Below are positions 49,776 through 59,240 of a stretch of DNA of 64,000 bases, one piece after another. Source of the stretch: an uncultured Acidobacteriota bacterium (GTDB taxonomy: Bacteria; Acidobacteriota; JAQAZP01); NCBI GenBank assembly GCA_963836075.1, contig CAWIIB010000009.1:1184001-1248000 (forward strand), given 5' to 3'. Positions within the stretch are counted from its first letter, which is position 1; each line of letters opens with the position of its first letter. The position numbers and the translations under genes are program-made. The notes beneath the pieces were generated by a model. It saw only the letters and a list, made by a program, of their open reading frames with translations, searched no databases and had not been told where the DNA came from.

Positions 49776-50851
49776 CCTTCCCATTCCGGCGGCTGGTCGT
49801 AGTGCCAGCCCAGGTCGATGACGCCGTCATCCTCCACATGGTCGGTGCGTGTGGTTCCGCCGAAGAGCGGCGTGCCCGGATTCCCGGCGTCGACGCAGGG
49901 GCTGTCCACGGGCTGTCCGGCCGCCGTCTGGGAGAGGTAGTAATCCCTGCCTGGTTCGCCGGAGACGAAGAGCGGGTCGGCATCGATCATCCCCTCGCCC
50001 CAACTGACGTTGCCGTGTGCCGAAGCCGCGCCACCGTCCACATCGGAGTAGCGAATGTCCAACTGGGCACTTTGTACAGTGTACAACTCGTCACCGGTGG
50101 GACCGTAGTTCCCCCAGAAGATGCAGTTGTCAACGGCAAGGGTGTAGAGCGGAGCGGGATATTCTCCCGGATGCTCCGCTGCCGGGGCATGGTTTTCGCT
50201 GGAGGCGATGGCCCCGCCGGCGAGGGAGGCAAAGTTGTCGTAGAAGGTGCAGTTGGAGATTGTCGGCGAGCTGAAGGTGCACCAGATGGCCCCCCCCTCG
50301 CCGCCATACTGGTCGTCTGCGGGGTTGTAGTAGGTGGCATTGTTGCGAAAAAGGCAGTTTTCCGCGGTGAAGGAGCCCCAGGCGTGAAGGCCGCCGCCAC
50401 CAAACAAGATGTTGGCGTTGTAGCTGATTTCGCATCCGCTGATCGTCGTGTTGCCGTAGAGGCTTCGGATCCCCCCTTCCCAGTTGCCGCTGATCATGCA
50501 GTTGGTGATCGATATGGTACCGCCATCGTTTATCACGCCGACCCCCGCGCCATCGCCGGTGATAAAAAATCCCTCAAGGATCAGTGTGCCGTAGTTGAGC
50601 TGAATCCCGACGCCGCTGTGGCTGATCCTGCAGTGGTCCGGACCGTCTTCCGACCTGATGGTGATCGAGACATCTTCAACCACGACGCCGTCATACGTTC
50701 CGTGATCCACCAGGATGACATCCCCGTCCGCCGCGGCATCCACCGCCTGCTGGATCGTGGGGTAATTTCCAGGCACGTGAATGGTCTCGGCCTGGAGCAT
50801 TGACGGGGTGAGCAGGAAGAGAAGTATGACTGCGGGAATAAGTCTATTCAT
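48770..50851 (-). CDS. Secreted right-handed beta-helix protein with C-terminal module B
   Basis: TIHVPGNYPTIQQAVDAA, GGA/NC repeats, DPLF and SPCVDAG, then FG-GAP-type repeats ending GVNVAAGRY*. Confidence 0.9.
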   Translation of the reverse strand: MNRLIPAVILLFLLTPSMLQAETIHVPGNYPTIQQAVDAAADGDVILVDHGTYDGVVVEDVSITIRSEDGPDHCRISHSGVGIQLNYGTLILEGFFITGDGAGVGVINDGGTISITNCMISGNWEGGIRSLYGNTTISGCEISYNANILFGGGGLHAWGSFTAENCLFRNNATYYNPADDQYGGEGGAIWCTFSSPTISNCTFYDNFASLAGGAIASSENHAPAAEHPGEYPAPLYTLAVDNCIFWGNYGPTGDELYTVQSAQLDIRYSDVDGGAASAHGNVSWGEGMIDADPLFVSGEPGRDYYLSQTAAGQPVDSPCVDAGNPGTPLFGGTTRTDHVEDDGVIDLGWHYDQPPEWEGPFLVTGPGPAESNPPRGRVFVPEQDGVRTAQFSAYGASSFGVNVATGDINGDGGDSIITGAGPGEIYGPHVRGFTPYGSAISEINFLAYGTNKYGVNVVCGDLTGSGRDEIITGAGPGAVFGPHVRAFTNTGTALEPMSGVNFFAYGTPKWGANVAAGDIDGDGFDEIVTGPGPGNIYGPHVRGWNVDNGTATAIPAVSYFAYGTFKKGVRVSCGDVDGDGVDEIVTGPGPSGVFGAHVRGWNYDGGTVTDIPGINFFAWPVEESLFGATVMSGVDLDSDGRDEIITGQGPDPAAGTVVQVYSYDGSQTSLLFDLDAYGDIGLTHGVNVAAGRY

Positions 50852-50920
50852 GGCACCCTCCGGCGTTCACGGTAACAGACAGCGGGTTTTCTCGATGAGT
50901 ATGTAAACTATTGTACATGA

Positions 50921-50958
50921 AAAAGCGGGAGGCGTGCTTATTGCCCGCGCTCCCGCTG
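50921..50958 (-). terminator. Intrinsic terminator
   Basis: AGCGGGAG...CTCCCGCT stem with a T run on the minus strand. Confidence 0.6.
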
Positions 50959-50974
50959 TAAAAGGTCGTCGGTT

Positions 50975-51980
50975 CTAGTTGCTTCCCGCCGCCACATTGA
51001 CACCGTGGTTCAGGCCGCCGTCGCCGTAAGCGTCGAGGTCGAAGAGCATGGTGGTCTGTGACCCGTCAAAGCTGTAGACCTTGACCGTGGTGCCCGCTGC
51101 CGGGTCCGGGCCCTGTCCGACGATGATTTCGCTGCGCCCGTCGCCGTCCAGGTCGGCCATGGCCGAGACGTTGGCGCCGTAAAGGCCCTCCTCCACCGGC
51201 CAGGCAAAGAAGTTGATCCCCGGTATCTCGGCCAGCGTCCCGCCGTCGTAGTCCCAGCCCCGGATGTGGGCGCCGAAGACCCCGGACGGTCCCGGGCCGG
51301 TGATGATCTCGGCCACGCCGTCGCCGTCCACGTCGCCGCAGCTGATCCGCACCCCCTTCTTGAAGGTGCCATAGGCGAAGTAGCTCACTGCGGGGATGGC
51401 CGCGGCCGCTCCGCCGTCCACGTTCCAGCCCCTGACGTGCGGCCCGTAGATGTCACCCGGACCGGCGCCGGTGACGATCTCGTCGTAGCCGTCGCCGTCG
51501 ATGTCGCCGGCAGCCACGTTGACCCCCCACTTGGGGGTGCCGTAGGCGAAGAAGTTGACACCCGACATCGGCTCCATGGCGGTGCCGGTGTTGGTGAAGG
51601 CCCGCACGTGGGGGCCGAAGACCGCACCCGGGCCGGCGCCGGTGATGATCTCGTCCCGGCCGTTGCCGGTGAGGTCTGCGCAGACCACGTTGACCCCGTA
51701 TTTGTTGGTGCCGTAGGCCAGGAAGTTGAGCTCGGCGATGGCCGATCCGGTGGAGGTGAAGCCGCGGACGTGGGGCCCATAGATGTCCCCCGGGCCGGCT
51801 CCGGTGATGATTGAGTCGCTGCCGTCGCCGTTGATGTCGCCGGTGGTGACGTTGACCCCGTAGGAACTGGCGCCATACGCCGCGAACTCGGCGATGGGGG
51901 CCGCGTCCTGTTCGGGTGGGAAGACGCGGGCCAGCGGCGGGTTGCTCGCCGCCGCGCCGGGGCCGGTGACCAGGAACATG
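50975..51980 (-). repeat. C-terminal module B, copy 3 (coding)
   Basis: FLVTGPG..SNPP...five GD.xGDG repeats...GVNVAAG. Confidence 0.9.
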
Positions 51981-53404
51981 TCGGGAGGCGGCGGGCTGCC
52001 ATGGGTGAACTGGGCGTAATAGACGTCCTGCTCACCATTCAGTGTGGCGGCAAAGGCGAGGTGGGCGGCATTGTCGTGCGAGACCATGTGGATGTAGTCA
52101 CCGATTTTGTTCTGTTGCGGCCAGCCGATCCGCGGGTCGAAGTCGCTGGTGATCCTCATGTTGTCAGCCCAGGTCTCACCGGCGTCATCGGACCAGCTGT
52201 AATAGAGCGAGGAGTCGTAGGCCCCGGGGCCGTCACGGGTGTCGAGCCACGCCGCGTCGATACGGCCATTGGGGGCAACCGACATGGCGCCAAACCACTG
52301 GTAGTCGCCGGTGCCCGGGTCGTCGTTGACCCGCACCGAACTGCTCCAGGTATCTCCTCCGTCTGTGCTGCGGGCGAACCGCACGTCCAGCGGATCGGGG
52401 GAGCCATTGGGCTCCACCGAGGCCAGCAGGTAGACATTGCCGTTGGTCGGGCCGCTGGAGTGATCGGTGGCGATCCAGGCCTGGCCCAACAGGCCGCCCG
52501 GGTTGGGCCCGCCGCTGGTGCCCAGGCTGCCGCCGAGGCTGACGTTGCGGTTGAAGTCCCAGCCCACGGTCTGGCCGGCATCCTTGGCGTTGCTCGACTT
52601 GGCGACGATGAAGCCGTCACCGGCCACGTAGAGATCGCCCGTCGGGCCGACATCCAGGGTGCCGTAGTAGGGGTAGCCAGATACGATAATGCAATTCTCG
52701 TAGCTGGCGCCGCCGTTGGTGGAACGGGTGAAAAAGCCGGGATCGCAGGTGCTGAAGGGATAGCTCCAGAAGGCGTAGATATGTCCGTCGCCCATGCCGC
52801 CGGTGCTGTCCACGGCCATCCACTGCTTGTCGCCGCCCTCGGCAAAGGTGCCGCTGTCCCAGGTGGCGCCGCCGTCGGTGGATTTATAGACGTCGCAGTA
52901 GTAGTCGCTCCCCACCACGGTGAGACTGTTGTAGTAGAAGGTGCCCGCGGCGTCCGAGCAGAGGACCGGGTCGGAGCGGAAGATGCCGGGGTTGATCGGC
53001 CCGGGGGCTGTCCAGTTCTGCCCGCCGTTGGTGGTGTAGCCATACCCCGCCTGGCGGAAGTCGTTGCTGATGGTGTCGAACTGCCGCCAGCCAATGGCCA
53101 TGCGGTTTGGATTTGTGGGGTCAACGGCGATGGACGGTTCGTTGGCCGCGTCGCCGACGATATTGTCGCCGTTGTCGTCCACGTTTACCTGGACCACGAA
53201 AAAGGTGGGACCGGAGCCCCGGTACGCCGGAGATCTGGGTTGGCTCTCCCTTGGAACCGGCACGTATGCGTCACCCATGGTCTCGTGGTGGCCAGAGAGC
53301 CCGCTTTCCACCGCGGTCTTCGCTTTCTCCAATTCTGCTGCCGGTGCCCAGGTACAGACCAGACAGACCAGAATTGCCGCAATCACTGTCAACGGATAGC
53401 GCAT
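50975..53404 (-). CDS. Secreted BNR/Asp-box (sialidase-fold) protein with C-terminal module B
   Basis: Asp boxes STDGGATW, STNGGASY, STDGGDTW and SDDAGETW. Ends GVNVAAGSN*. Confidence 0.9.
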   Translation of the reverse strand: MRYPLTVIAAILVCLVCTWAPAAELEKAKTAVESGLSGHHETMGDAYVPVPRESQPRSPAYRGSGPTFFVVQVNVDDNGDNIVGDAANEPSIAVDPTNPNRMAIGWRQFDTISNDFRQAGYGYTTNGGQNWTAPGPINPGIFRSDPVLCSDAAGTFYYNSLTVVGSDYYCDVYKSTDGGATWDSGTFAEGGDKQWMAVDSTGGMGDGHIYAFWSYPFSTCDPGFFTRSTNGGASYENCIIVSGYPYYGTLDVGPTGDLYVAGDGFIVAKSSNAKDAGQTVGWDFNRNVSLGGSLGTSGGPNPGGLLGQAWIATDHSSGPTNGNVYLLASVEPNGSPDPLDVRFARSTDGGDTWSSSVRVNDDPGTGDYQWFGAMSVAPNGRIDAAWLDTRDGPGAYDSSLYYSWSDDAGETWADNMRITSDFDPRIGWPQQNKIGDYIHMVSHDNAAHLAFAATLNGEQDVYYAQFTHGSPPPPDMFLVTGPGAAASNPPLARVFPPEQDAAPIAEFAAYGASSYGVNVTTGDINGDGSDSIITGAGPGDIYGPHVRGFTSTGSAIAELNFLAYGTNKYGVNVVCADLTGNGRDEIITGAGPGAVFGPHVRAFTNTGTAMEPMSGVNFFAYGTPKWGVNVAAGDIDGDGYDEIVTGAGPGDIYGPHVRGWNVDGGAAAAIPAVSYFAYGTFKKGVRISCGDVDGDGVAEIITGPGPSGVFGAHIRGWDYDGGTLAEIPGINFFAWPVEEGLYGANVSAMADLDGDGRSEIIVGQGPDPAAGTTVKVYSFDGSQTTMLFDLDAYGDGGLNHGVNVAAGSN

Positions 53405-53611
53405 GCTCTTGAACCTCCCCGTATTTCTACCGTTCCGTATGTTTGAATATGACGCTCATAATCCACTAGAGCCTTTTAATTATATGTGCTTAGAAAAAAC
53501 CAGTCAACAGATTGTTGATTTTCGCCCATCGTCCACCGGCATGTCCTCGACGGGCGACGGAGAAAGAGGATACCATCTCTGTTTGAGAATCGAGAGGGAA
53601 TTCGAAAGAAA

Positions 53612-54461
53612 ATGGAAATCCCTGAAAATCTTGACAGTATGGTGCAACGCGCCGAACCTGTGCCCCTGCCCGGGCCGGGGGTCACCAGGCTGTTTCTCGG
53701 CCGTGCCGGAGAGGAGACCGGGCCTCCCGGCACGGGGCACCTGGAACGGTTGTGCCGCCTCTTCGCCCGTTTTCCCTATGAAAACGTGACCAAGATCATC
53801 CGCCGCGGCACAGACCTCACCACTGACCCCCGCTTCCGCGGCCCGCAGGAGGTGGCGGACGGCTTCCTCCAGTCGGGCGCCGGCGGCACCTGCTTCAGCC
53901 TGACGAACCTCTTCCTCCAGGTGCTGGCCGACTGCGGCTACCACGCCGTTCCGTTCCTGGCCCACATGGGCCGGCGTGAAAATGTTCACTGCGGTCTGAT
54001 CGTCGGTCTCATCGGCGGCGGCCGGGCCCTGGTGGACCCCGGCTACCTGGTGGACCGGCCGCTTCCCCTGGTCCCCGGCCGCGGTGAACACCGCACCGGC
54101 AGCGCCAGGATTCTGCTGGAGGGGGACGGGGAACAGTTACCGCCTCTCCACCCTCACCGCCGGCGTGTGGAAGGAGCGCTACCGCTTCGCGGACCGGCCG
54201 CCGGGGAAGGAGCGGTTTCTCAAGGCCTGGCACGAGAGCTTCACCGGGCCGGGGATGAACCAGCTCTGCCTCACCCGCGGCACTGACGGGGGTTACGTCT
54301 ACCTGCACGGCCGGCACCTGCGGCGGGTCACCGGGGACGACAAGCAGGTGCGCAAGCTGGGGCGCGGCGACTCGGCCGCCGTGGCCGAGCCCTTTGGCAT
54401 CGATCCGTTGCTGGTGGACCGGGCACTGGAGGTGCTAACCTCCCTGCGGAGGGACGATTGA
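53612..54461 (+). CDS. Arylamine N-acetyltransferase family; frameshift near 54125
   Basis: FPYEN, GGTCF (Cys), VHC (His) and VDPG (Asp). Continues in ORF 54084..54461 across a G run. Confidence 0.8.
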
Positions 54462-54483
54462 TGCTGATGGAGGAACCGGGACG

Positions 54484-55038
54484 ATGAAACCGCAGGACGT
54501 GCTTCCGGTGCAGCTGGTGGTCTGTGCCCTGGAGACCGACGGTGAGCTGTTTGGCGACGCACGGAAGCTGATGGCCGCCGAGTTCGGACCCGAGGCGGAA
54601 ATCCACGGGCCCTGGGATTTTGACGTCACCGACTACTACCAGGCCGAGATGGGTGGCCCGTCGATCCGCCGCTGGCTCATCGCTTACGCCGAGCCGGTGC
54701 TTTCCGAGCAGCTGCCCGAGATCAAGCTGCTGACCAACCGGATCGAAGAGCGGCTGACCGTGGATGGCCGGCGCCGGGTCAACCTCGACGCGGGCTATAT
54801 GGACTTCAACAAGTTCGTGCTCGCTTCAGCCAAGTTCCACGAGCACAAGATCCACCTTGGCCGTGGCATCTATGCCGACCTGACCCTGATCTTCAACAAT
54901 GGGGCCTGGCATCCCCTGCCCTGGTCCTTCGCTGATTTCCGCGACGACCGGTACTACCAGGCCCTGACCCTGATCAGGGTCGGCTACCGCGAGCGGATGC
55001 GGAGTAACCCTTCCCCCCGGCGGCTCTGCACTGATTAG
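54484..55038 (+). CDS. DUF4416 family protein
   Basis: TDYYQAEMG, RRVNLDAGY, LASAK..HKIHL..GIYADLTL and PWSFAD motifs. Confidence 0.85.
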   Translation: MKPQDVLPVQLVVCALETDGELFGDARKLMAAEFGPEAEIHGPWDFDVTDYYQAEMGGPSIRRWLIAYAEPVLSEQLPEIKLLTNRIEERLTVDGRRRVNLDAGYMDFNKFVLASAKFHEHKIHLGRGIYADLTLIFNNGAWHPLPWSFADFRDDRYYQALTLIRVGYRERMRSNPSPRRLCTD

Positions 55039-55047
55039 TTCCTGTTC

Positions 55048-55986
55048 CTAAATAACGTCGCACTGCGGTTCCGCGAACAGTTCGGTGGACAGGTAGCGCT
55101 CGCCGGTGTCGGGCAGGATCACCAGAACCTTCTTGTCCGGTCCCATCTCTTTGGCGATCTCGGCAGCGGCGTGAGCTGCCGCACCGCAGGAGATGCCCAC
55201 GAGAATGCCCTCGTCGGTGGCCAGCCTCCGGGCAAAGCAACAGGCTTCGCCGTAGTTCACGGTAAGGATCCGGTCCACCATTTCGGGTTCGTAGATGTTG
55301 GGCACCCACCCGCCGCCGATGCCCTGGATCTTGTGCGGGCCCGGCTCGCCTCCTGACAGCACGGGGCTCTCCGTTGGCTCCACGGCCACGGTGATGATCC
55401 CCGGAACCTCTTTCTTCAGTACCCGGCCCGCACCGGTGATCGTGCCCCCGGTACCCACCCCGGCGACGAAGGCGTGGAGGTCCGTGCCGAAAACGTCGAT
55501 CACCTCGCGGGCCGTGGTCCGGGAGTGGACCTCGGGGTTGGCCGGGTTGTCGAACTGCTGGGGCATGAACGCGCCAGGGGTTTTCTCCAGGATCATCTCC
55601 GCCCCGGCCACGGCGCCCTTCATCCCCTTGGCCGCCGGGGTGAGTACGATCCTCGCCCCGAAGGTGGAGAGGATCTTCCGCCGCTCCAGGCTCATGCTCT
55701 CCGGCATGGCCAGGATCAACTTGTAGCCCCGGGCCGCGGCCACCATGGCCAGGCCGATGCCGGTATTGCCGCTGGTCGGTTCGACGATGGTGCCTCCCGG
55801 TTTGAGCCGGCCGTCCTTTTCCGCCGCTTCGATCATCGCCAGGCCGATGCGGTCCTTGATGCTGCCGCCGGGGTTGAAGCTCTCCAGCTTGGCAAACAGT
55901 TCGGCACCGCCCTCGGGCGCCACCCGCTGCAGTTTCACCACCGGTGTTCCGCCGATGAGGTCGGTTATGGATTCCGCGTATTTCAT
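55048..55986 (-). CDS. cysK: Cysteine synthase A
   Basis: NPGGSIKDR (PLP lysine), EPTSGNTG, GTGGT and HKIQGIG motifs. Confidence 0.95.
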   Translation of the reverse strand: MKYAESITDLIGGTPVVKLQRVAPEGGAELFAKLESFNPGGSIKDRIGLAMIEAAEKDGRLKPGGTIVEPTSGNTGIGLAMVAAARGYKLILAMPESMSLERRKILSTFGARIVLTPAAKGMKGAVAGAEMILEKTPGAFMPQQFDNPANPEVHSRTTAREVIDVFGTDLHAFVAGVGTGGTITGAGRVLKKEVPGIITVAVEPTESPVLSGGEPGPHKIQGIGGGWVPNIYEPEMVDRILTVNYGEACCFARRLATDEGILVGISCGAAAHAAAEIAKEMGPDKKVLVILPDTGERYLSTELFAEPQCDVI

Positions 55987-56972
55987 TGTTTGTCCTCGCC
56001 GTTGATGGGGGTCATCCGCTGCTCCTGACTGGAGAGTGTGACTTGCGTATTCGGCGGCACCGAGTGGGTCAGCCAGACGCTGCCGCCGATCACCGAACCG
56101 CGGCCCACAACCGTCTCTCCGCCGAGGATCACCGCCCCGGCGTAGATCACGCAGTCGTCCTCGATGGTGGGGTGGCGCTTGTGGTCGCGGAGCATCCGGC
56201 CTTCCTCGTCCTTGACGAAGCTGGCCCCGCCCAGGGTCACCCCCTGGTAGATCCGCACCCGGTCACCGACGATGGCGGTTTCGCCGATCACCACACCGGT
56301 GGCGTGGTCGATAAAGAACTTTTCGCCGATGGTGGCCCCGGGGTGGATGTCGCAGCCGGTGATCGAGTGGGCGTGTTCGGTGAGCATCCGCGGCAGTATC
56401 GGCACCTGCAGCACCTGCAGCACGTGGGCCAGCCGGTAGATGGTCACCGCCCGCAGCCCGGGGTAACAGAAGATGATCTCCTCCAGGTCCCTGGCCGCCG
56501 GGTCGCCGTCGTATGCCGCCTGGACGTCGCCGGCCAGCAGGCGTCGCAGTTCGGGAATCCTTTGCAGGACGGCGATGGCCACGTCAGCGGCCCGGACGTG
56601 ACAATCATCACATTTCGGTTTCGGTGCGTGGCACTCGTGGATCAGGCACTTGCCCACCTGCTCCTGGAGCAGGCGGTAGAGCCGGTCCACCCGGCTGCCG
56701 AGGTAGAAGGAGACCGAGGGCCGGTCCACCGCCTGGGTGCCGAAGTAGCCGGGCATCAGGATCGCCTGGTAGAGATCGACGATGGCCAGCAGCGACTGCT
56801 GGCTGGGGATCATCGGGTAGCTCACGTGGTCCGGGGAGTCGTCGGCGTCGAGACTCCTGACGATCTCCTCCACGATGCCCGGGAGCAGGTCCCGGTGGCG
56901 GTCGTTCTCGATGGTATGGTGGCCCCTGGCGCAAATGGACGGCGGGGCCGGTCGTTTCTCTATCGTGCCCAT
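55983..56972 (-). CDS. cysE: Serine O-acetyltransferase
   Basis: GDPAA, YPG, DIHPGA.IG, IDHATG, YQGVTLG and KRHPT motifs. Coupled to cysK (ATGA). Confidence 0.95.
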   Translation of the reverse strand: MGTIEKRPAPPSICARGHHTIENDRHRDLLPGIVEEIVRSLDADDSPDHVSYPMIPSQQSLLAIVDLYQAILMPGYFGTQAVDRPSVSFYLGSRVDRLYRLLQEQVGKCLIHECHAPKPKCDDCHVRAADVAIAVLQRIPELRRLLAGDVQAAYDGDPAARDLEEIIFCYPGLRAVTIYRLAHVLQVLQVPILPRMLTEHAHSITGCDIHPGATIGEKFFIDHATGVVIGETAIVGDRVRIYQGVTLGGASFVKDEEGRMLRDHKRHPTIEDDCVIYAGAVILGGETVVGRGSVIGGSVWLTHSVPPNTQVTLSSQEQRMTPINGEDKQ

Positions 56973-57218
56973 GATGATGATTAGCCTCCGGTAACAATCC
57001 TTGTCTGAGTATTGCGGGCCGTCAACGGTAGATTTTGGGGAATAGGCCCTTTTGAAGGGGATTATTCCACAAAATAACTAGATTAATTGAGGAAAGTTAC
57101 GCTCTGCGGGGCACGGGTGCGACCGGTTCACGCACAGAAAAAGAGGCAACAGGGCCGCTGAAGAAGGCATGAATATCGAGCATCTTCACCGATGATGCAC
57201 ATGAGAAATCAAATTCCT

Positions 57219-57281
57219 TCATGCCACCGCCAATGGCAGTAGAATCAGCACTCCGATCAGATATCGAGCAACTCGCTTCAT
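57219..57281 (-). pseudogene. Orphan signal-peptide remnant
   Basis: GGGGGAG RBS, then MKRVARYLIGVLILLPLAVA*. Confidence 0.4.
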
Positions 57282-57306
57282 TCCGCTCCCCCTGTTCCAT
57301 TCCATG

Positions 57307-59020
57307 TCATTGTCCTTCAAGTTTCATTACCGCCCGGGCTGCATTTGTATTTTCCGGATTCAGTTCCAGCGCCCGATTGTAGTTGCGGATGGCTTGCTCC
57401 AGCTGTCTGGCCTTCATGTACGCCTCGCCAAGACTGTCAAAGGTGTTCGCCGATTCGGGGAACTCGGCCAGGTTGCGGGTGAAGAGATAGATGGCGCAAT
57501 CGTGGAACCCGGTATTGAGAAATTCATAGCCAACGGCAACGAACAGGCCGTCGCCCCATTGATTGCCGGCCACGGCCCTTCTTGCTGCATGCTCCGCCTC
57601 GTCGGCCTCACCGTTATGCTGTGCCAGGGCAGCCAGCCTCAAGAGATCCAGCGGAGAAGGAGAATTTTCCGCCTCACAGTAGGCGCGCATCACTTTCAGG
57701 GCGTGGTCCGGCTTACCCTGCTTGAGGAACCATAGGGCCAGATCCCTGAACTCGTATGGATCGAACGACATTGCCGGGTCCGCCCTCCGGCAGTCCGCCA
57801 TCGCCGTTTTCGCGCTGTCGGCTCCTTCGTTCAGCATCGTCCGTCCCACCGCCACAGCCGCCGAGGGGCCCGGTAACTCCGGATCATGCCCATAAAGGAC
57901 GGCGGCAATCTGTTCAGTGATCTGCTTGGGCGAGGCCACCTCTGCCGTATTCCCGGATGAATCCTTGTAATTGGAGAGCACGACAATGCAGCGATCATCC
58001 TCCAGGATGTGAACGTAGTTGCTTCGAAAACCGTTGATGCTTCCGGCGAGGCCCACCACGGTCACCGCTTCGCCCTTCGGCCCCCATTCCATGGGGCGAA
58101 TATCACAGCCGTAGCCGTAGTTCTGCATGTTCACGTTTTGAACCGGCGTGATCATCAGTTCGAGGCTCTGTGGCGACAGCAGTTGTCCGCCAAACAGGGC
58201 CCGGTCGAATCGAATCATGTCTTCGGCCGTGGAGTAAAGATTGCCGGCGCCCAGGACCACCGACATGTCAAGGGGGGAGCTGTTTTCAGGCTGCCCAAGA
58301 AACGGCTGGTGGTAACCCGTTGCACGCTGGTCCAGGTACCGTTCGGTTGTCGTCGATGCCGGTCTTCATCATGCCGGAGGGGGTGAGAATCTGCTCCTGA
58401 AGAAGATTTTCGGTTGTCCGCCCTGTCACCTCTTCCAGAATTATCGCCAGCAGCGCGTAGCCGAAATTTGAATAGTGAAACCGCTCGCCCGGCTCGCAGA
58501 CCAGCGCCTTTCCCTCGAAATAGCTCATTAACTGGGTGCGATCGTGGAAGAGCCGTTCGCAGACATCGAAACTCTCAGGAACATCGGGAAAGTCGAGCAA
58601 CCCGGAGGTATGTGTGAGCAGGTGGTGGATTGTGATCCGGCTGCCGGTCTCAAGGTGATAAGCGGGCAGGTAGTCAGAGACCGTGCCATCGAGCCGAAGG
58701 TTCCCCTGCTCCACTTGCTGCAGAACCAGCACGGCGGTAAACATCTTGGTCACTGAAGCGATTCTGAATTTCGTCTCGCTGGTGTTTGCCGCCTTCCACT
58801 CCAGGTTTCCGTAACCAAAGGCTTTTCCATAGATGATATTACCGCCCTCGGCTGCGGCCACCACGCCGTGGAAATGGCGGTGTTCGGCAAATCGGGCCAT
58901 CACATCATTGAGGCGAGTGACCCTCGGGTCGGCTGTTTCAGACGGTGTCGTGCAGGCCGCTGTGGCGGCCAGGAAGAGGCAAACACAAATCAGGACCATG
59001 GCGCGATGGTAAGGTTGCAT
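57307..59020 (-). CDS. Serine hydrolase (beta-lactamase class C/AmpC-like) lipoprotein with C-terminal TPR; frameshifts near 58270-58340
   Basis: IASVTK (SxxK), LLTHTSG, YSN, AGNLYST and GSINGF motifs. TPR DSLGEAY. Confidence 0.85.
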
Positions 59021-59240
59021 CTGGTTTCTTTCTCACCAATGATTTAACCGTAAGATCAGCCGGCAAAGCGATCCGGCGTGGTTCATATGTAGGTAGAACG
59101 AAGCTTGCAGGCATATGTTCTGCTGTGATCTTCAAGTGTCCAGGCCGTTTTTTCCACCCCCACTCCACCGGGATGTATAATCAAGGCACTATCATTCCGC
59201 CGTGCAGCTATATTTGGCCCACATACCGAGGAGCCACAAA

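Noticed and set aside
25798-51980. Periodic DNA repeats as a CRISPR array
   Set aside because: They are degenerate coding FG-GAP/SBBP repeats, not identical repeats with unique spacers. No cas1/cas2 is present.
8659-53446. Long antisense ORFs (e.g. 8659..10734, 12308..13981, 14327..16066, 38991..40868, 43205..44800, 52001..53446)
   Set aside because: Shadow frames of GC3-rich genes on the opposite strand, with no motifs or RBS support.
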